Of a stretch of DNA of 64,000 bases, positions 61,998-64,000 are shown piece by piece (within the stretch, counting starts at the first letter, position 1; each line of letters begins with the position of its first letter). The stretch lies in assembly GCA_963832165.1 (NCBI GenBank), contig CAWHTE010000002.1, positions 416,001-480,000 of the forward strand. Reading direction: 5' to 3'. The notes under the pieces were generated by a model that worked only from the letters and a program-made list of their open reading frames with translations, was not told where the DNA came from and did not search any database. Both the position numbers and the translations under genes were made by a program. This DNA comes from an uncultured delta proteobacterium. Lineage in GTDB: Bacteria; Myxococcota_A; UBA9160; SMWR01.

Positions 61998-63653
61998 ATG
62001 CGAAAGCTCGCGATCGGTCTCGCGCTCGTGCTCGTGCTCGCGGCGGGCATCGCATTCTGGGTGAATCGGCAGGAGATCCTGATCCGCGTGCCCGGCATGA
62101 TCAGCCGGATCATCGATCCGATCGGCCCGAGCCAGCCGGTCGTCTGGCAGCCGGGACCCACGCAGCCGCCGGGCGGAACGCGCCCGCCGAACATCGTCGT
62201 GATCGTCGCCGACGACCTCGGCTACAACGACCTCACGTTCGGCGGTGGAGGCGTCGCGAACGGCGCGGTGCCGACGCCGAACATCGACGGCATCGCCGCG
62301 TCGGGGGTCGAGTACACGCGCGGCTACACCGGCAACGCCACCTGCGCGCCGTCGCGCGCCGCGATCCTGACCGGCCGCTACCCGCAGCGCTTCGGCTTCG
62401 AGTTCACGCCCGCACCGAAGGCGTTCATGCGCCTGATCGCGTACATGCGCCGCGACGAGGCGCGCCCGCCGATCTACTACGCCGATCGCGAGGCCGACGT
62501 GCCGTCGATGGAGCAGGAGGGGATCCCGCCCGCGGAGATCACGATCGCGGAGCTGTTGCGCGAGCGCGGCTATCACACGCTCGGGTTCGGCAAGTGGCAC
62601 CTCGGCGAGGCGCCCGCGATGCAGCCGAACGCGCAGGGCTTCGACGAGTATCTCGGCTTCCTGTCCGGCGCGGCGCTCTATCTCGAGCAGGACGATCCGC
62701 TCTCCGTGAACTCGGTGCAGGACTTCGACCCGATCGATCGGTTCCTCTGGGCCAACCTCGCGTTCGCGGTGCGCAAGGACGACGGTCCGCGCTTCGCGCC
62801 CGACGCGTACATGACGGACTACCTCGCGCGCGAGGCCGCGCGCGCGATCGAGGCGAACCGCAATCGCCCGTTCTTCCTGTACCTCGCGTTCAACGCGCCG
62901 CACACGCCACTGCAGGCGCTGCGCTCCGACTACGAGGCGCTGTCCGGCATCGAGGACCACACGCTGCGCGTGTACGCGGCGATGATCCGCGCGCTCGACC
63001 GCGGCGTCGGCACGGTGCTCGGCGCGCTGCGCGAGAACGGGCTCGAGCAGGACACGCTCGTGGTGTTCACGAGCGACAACGGCGGCGCGGACTACATCGG
63101 CCTGCCCGACATCAACAAGCCGTACCGCGGCTGGAAGATGACCTTCTTCGAGGGCGGCGTGCACACGCCGTTCTTCGCGAAGTGGCCCGCGCGGCTCGCG
63201 CCCGGGCAGCGCTATCACGCGCCGGTCGCGCACGTCGACATCTTCGCCACCGCCGCGGGCGCCGCGGCGGCGCCGCTGCCGTCCGATCGCGCCGTCGACG
63301 GCGTCGATCTCGTGAAGCTCGCGCGCGGCGAGGCCCAGGGCCGCGCGCACGGCGCGGTGTTCTGGCGCTCGGGCCACTACCGCACGATCCTCGCCGACGA
63401 CTGGAAGCTGCAGGTCTCGGAACGCCCCAAGAAGACCTGGCTGTTCGACATGAAGGCCGATCCCACCGAGCGGCACGACCTCTCTGACGAGCGCCCCGAC
63501 AAGGTGCGCGAGCTGTCCGCGATCCTCGCCGAGCACGAGGCGCAGATGGTGGTGCCGGCGTGGCCCGCGCTGATCGAGGGCGCGATCGCGATCGACCATC
63601 CGTTGAACGTCCCCGCGCAGGACAGCGACGAATTCGTCTATTGGGCGAACTGA
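61998..63653 (+). CDS. Formylglycine-dependent (Cys-type) sulfatase
   Basis: PNIVVIVADDLG, CAPSR..LTGR, GKWHLG, APHTP, SDNG, EGGV. Confidence 0.93.
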   Translation: MRKLAIGLALVLVLAAGIAFWVNRQEILIRVPGMISRIIDPIGPSQPVVWQPGPTQPPGGTRPPNIVVIVADDLGYNDLTFGGGGVANGAVPTPNIDGIAASGVEYTRGYTGNATCAPSRAAILTGRYPQRFGFEFTPAPKAFMRLIAYMRRDEARPPIYYADREADVPSMEQEGIPPAEITIAELLRERGYHTLGFGKWHLGEAPAMQPNAQGFDEYLGFLSGAALYLEQDDPLSVNSVQDFDPIDRFLWANLAFAVRKDDGPRFAPDAYMTDYLAREAARAIEANRNRPFFLYLAFNAPHTPLQALRSDYEALSGIEDHTLRVYAAMIRALDRGVGTVLGALRENGLEQDTLVVFTSDNGGADYIGLPDINKPYRGWKMTFFEGGVHTPFFAKWPARLAPGQRYHAPVAHVDIFATAAGAAAAPLPSDRAVDGVDLVKLARGEAQGRAHGAVFWRSGHYRTILADDWKLQVSERPKKTWLFDMKADPTERHDLSDERPDKVRELSAILAEHEAQMVVPAWPALIEGAIAIDHPLNVPAQDSDEFVYWAN

Positions 63654-63687
63654 GTTGCTGATAGGATGGGGACCCCGGAGGCAGGAA

Positions 63688-64000
63688 ATGCGGCGCCTCG
63701 GAAGGCTTCTCCTCTTCGTGGCCATCGTCGCGCCGGCCGCGGTGGCCGCGCAGTCCGGCGAAGAGGGCAGCGTCTGCGTCCGCGACTACACGCCGGGCCT
63801 GAGCTGCACCTCGTCCGACGTCGACATCGAAGCCCTGGTGCTGAGCAACGTCGTCGAGGATTGTGGGGTGGACGCGACGGCCCAGGTGGTGCTCGACGTG
63901 GTCTTGTCCACCAGCCCCACGAGCCGCTACGACCTCGGGATCTTCCTCTCGCTCGATGGCGGCAGCGCGCTCAGCGGCGGTTTCTGTTACCACGACTATC
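63688..64000 (+). CDS. Secreted Cys-containing protein (3'-partial)
   Basis: ATG after GGAGG; MRRLGRLLLFVAIVAPAAVAAQ signal peptide; frame open to the window end. Confidence 0.65.
   Translation, partial: MRRLGRLLLFVAIVAPAAVAAQSGEEGSVCVRDYTPGLSCTSSDVDIEALVLSNVVEDCGVDATAQVVLDVVLSTSPTSRYDLGIFLSLDGGSALSGGFCYHDY

Noticed and set aside
60339..63725. 1128-aa minus-strand ORF suggesting a large GST fusion
   Set aside because: Made of antisense read-through of the sulfatase, an off-frame read of the DUF1330 gene, and the true GST starting at 61502

Overview
A very GC-rich bacterial chromosome segment from a diderm (TonB, PEP-CTERM and TPR-rich proteins; a Myxococcota-like host is only an inference). 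It carries about 55 genes: a glycosyltransferase/EPS cluster (9.4-22.9 kb), copper and envelope genes, an ADH-sulfotransferase-alkylsulfatase-SDR operon, a B12 radical SAM gene, Lhr, two tandem sensor kinases, a TIGR03790-like protein, ettA, egtB, typA and a sulfatase. Main observations: (1) a visibly lower-GC ~7.2 kb integron gene-cassette array with no integrase in the window (CALIN, 53.3-60.5 kb). It starts at the typA stop codon, has both intact and half-deleted attC sites, includes a cassette with covarying GGT/ACC core sites, and contains a PEP-CTERM gene. (2) Two tandem 7TM-PAS histidine kinases with complementary defects: one keeps the phospho-His but has a degenerate ATP-binding domain, the other has an intact ATP-binding domain but no His. 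This suggests an obligate heterodimeric 'split' kinase. (3) A penicillin-binding transpeptidase fused to a TonB C-terminal domain. (4) A GTAG-family REP/REPIN, one copy of which lies inside a TPR gene at its frameshift. Two single-base frameshifts in otherwise intact genes may be sequencing errors. No rRNA, tRNA, CRISPR array, transposase or integrase was recognised. All product calls come from motif recognition by eye, not database searches.
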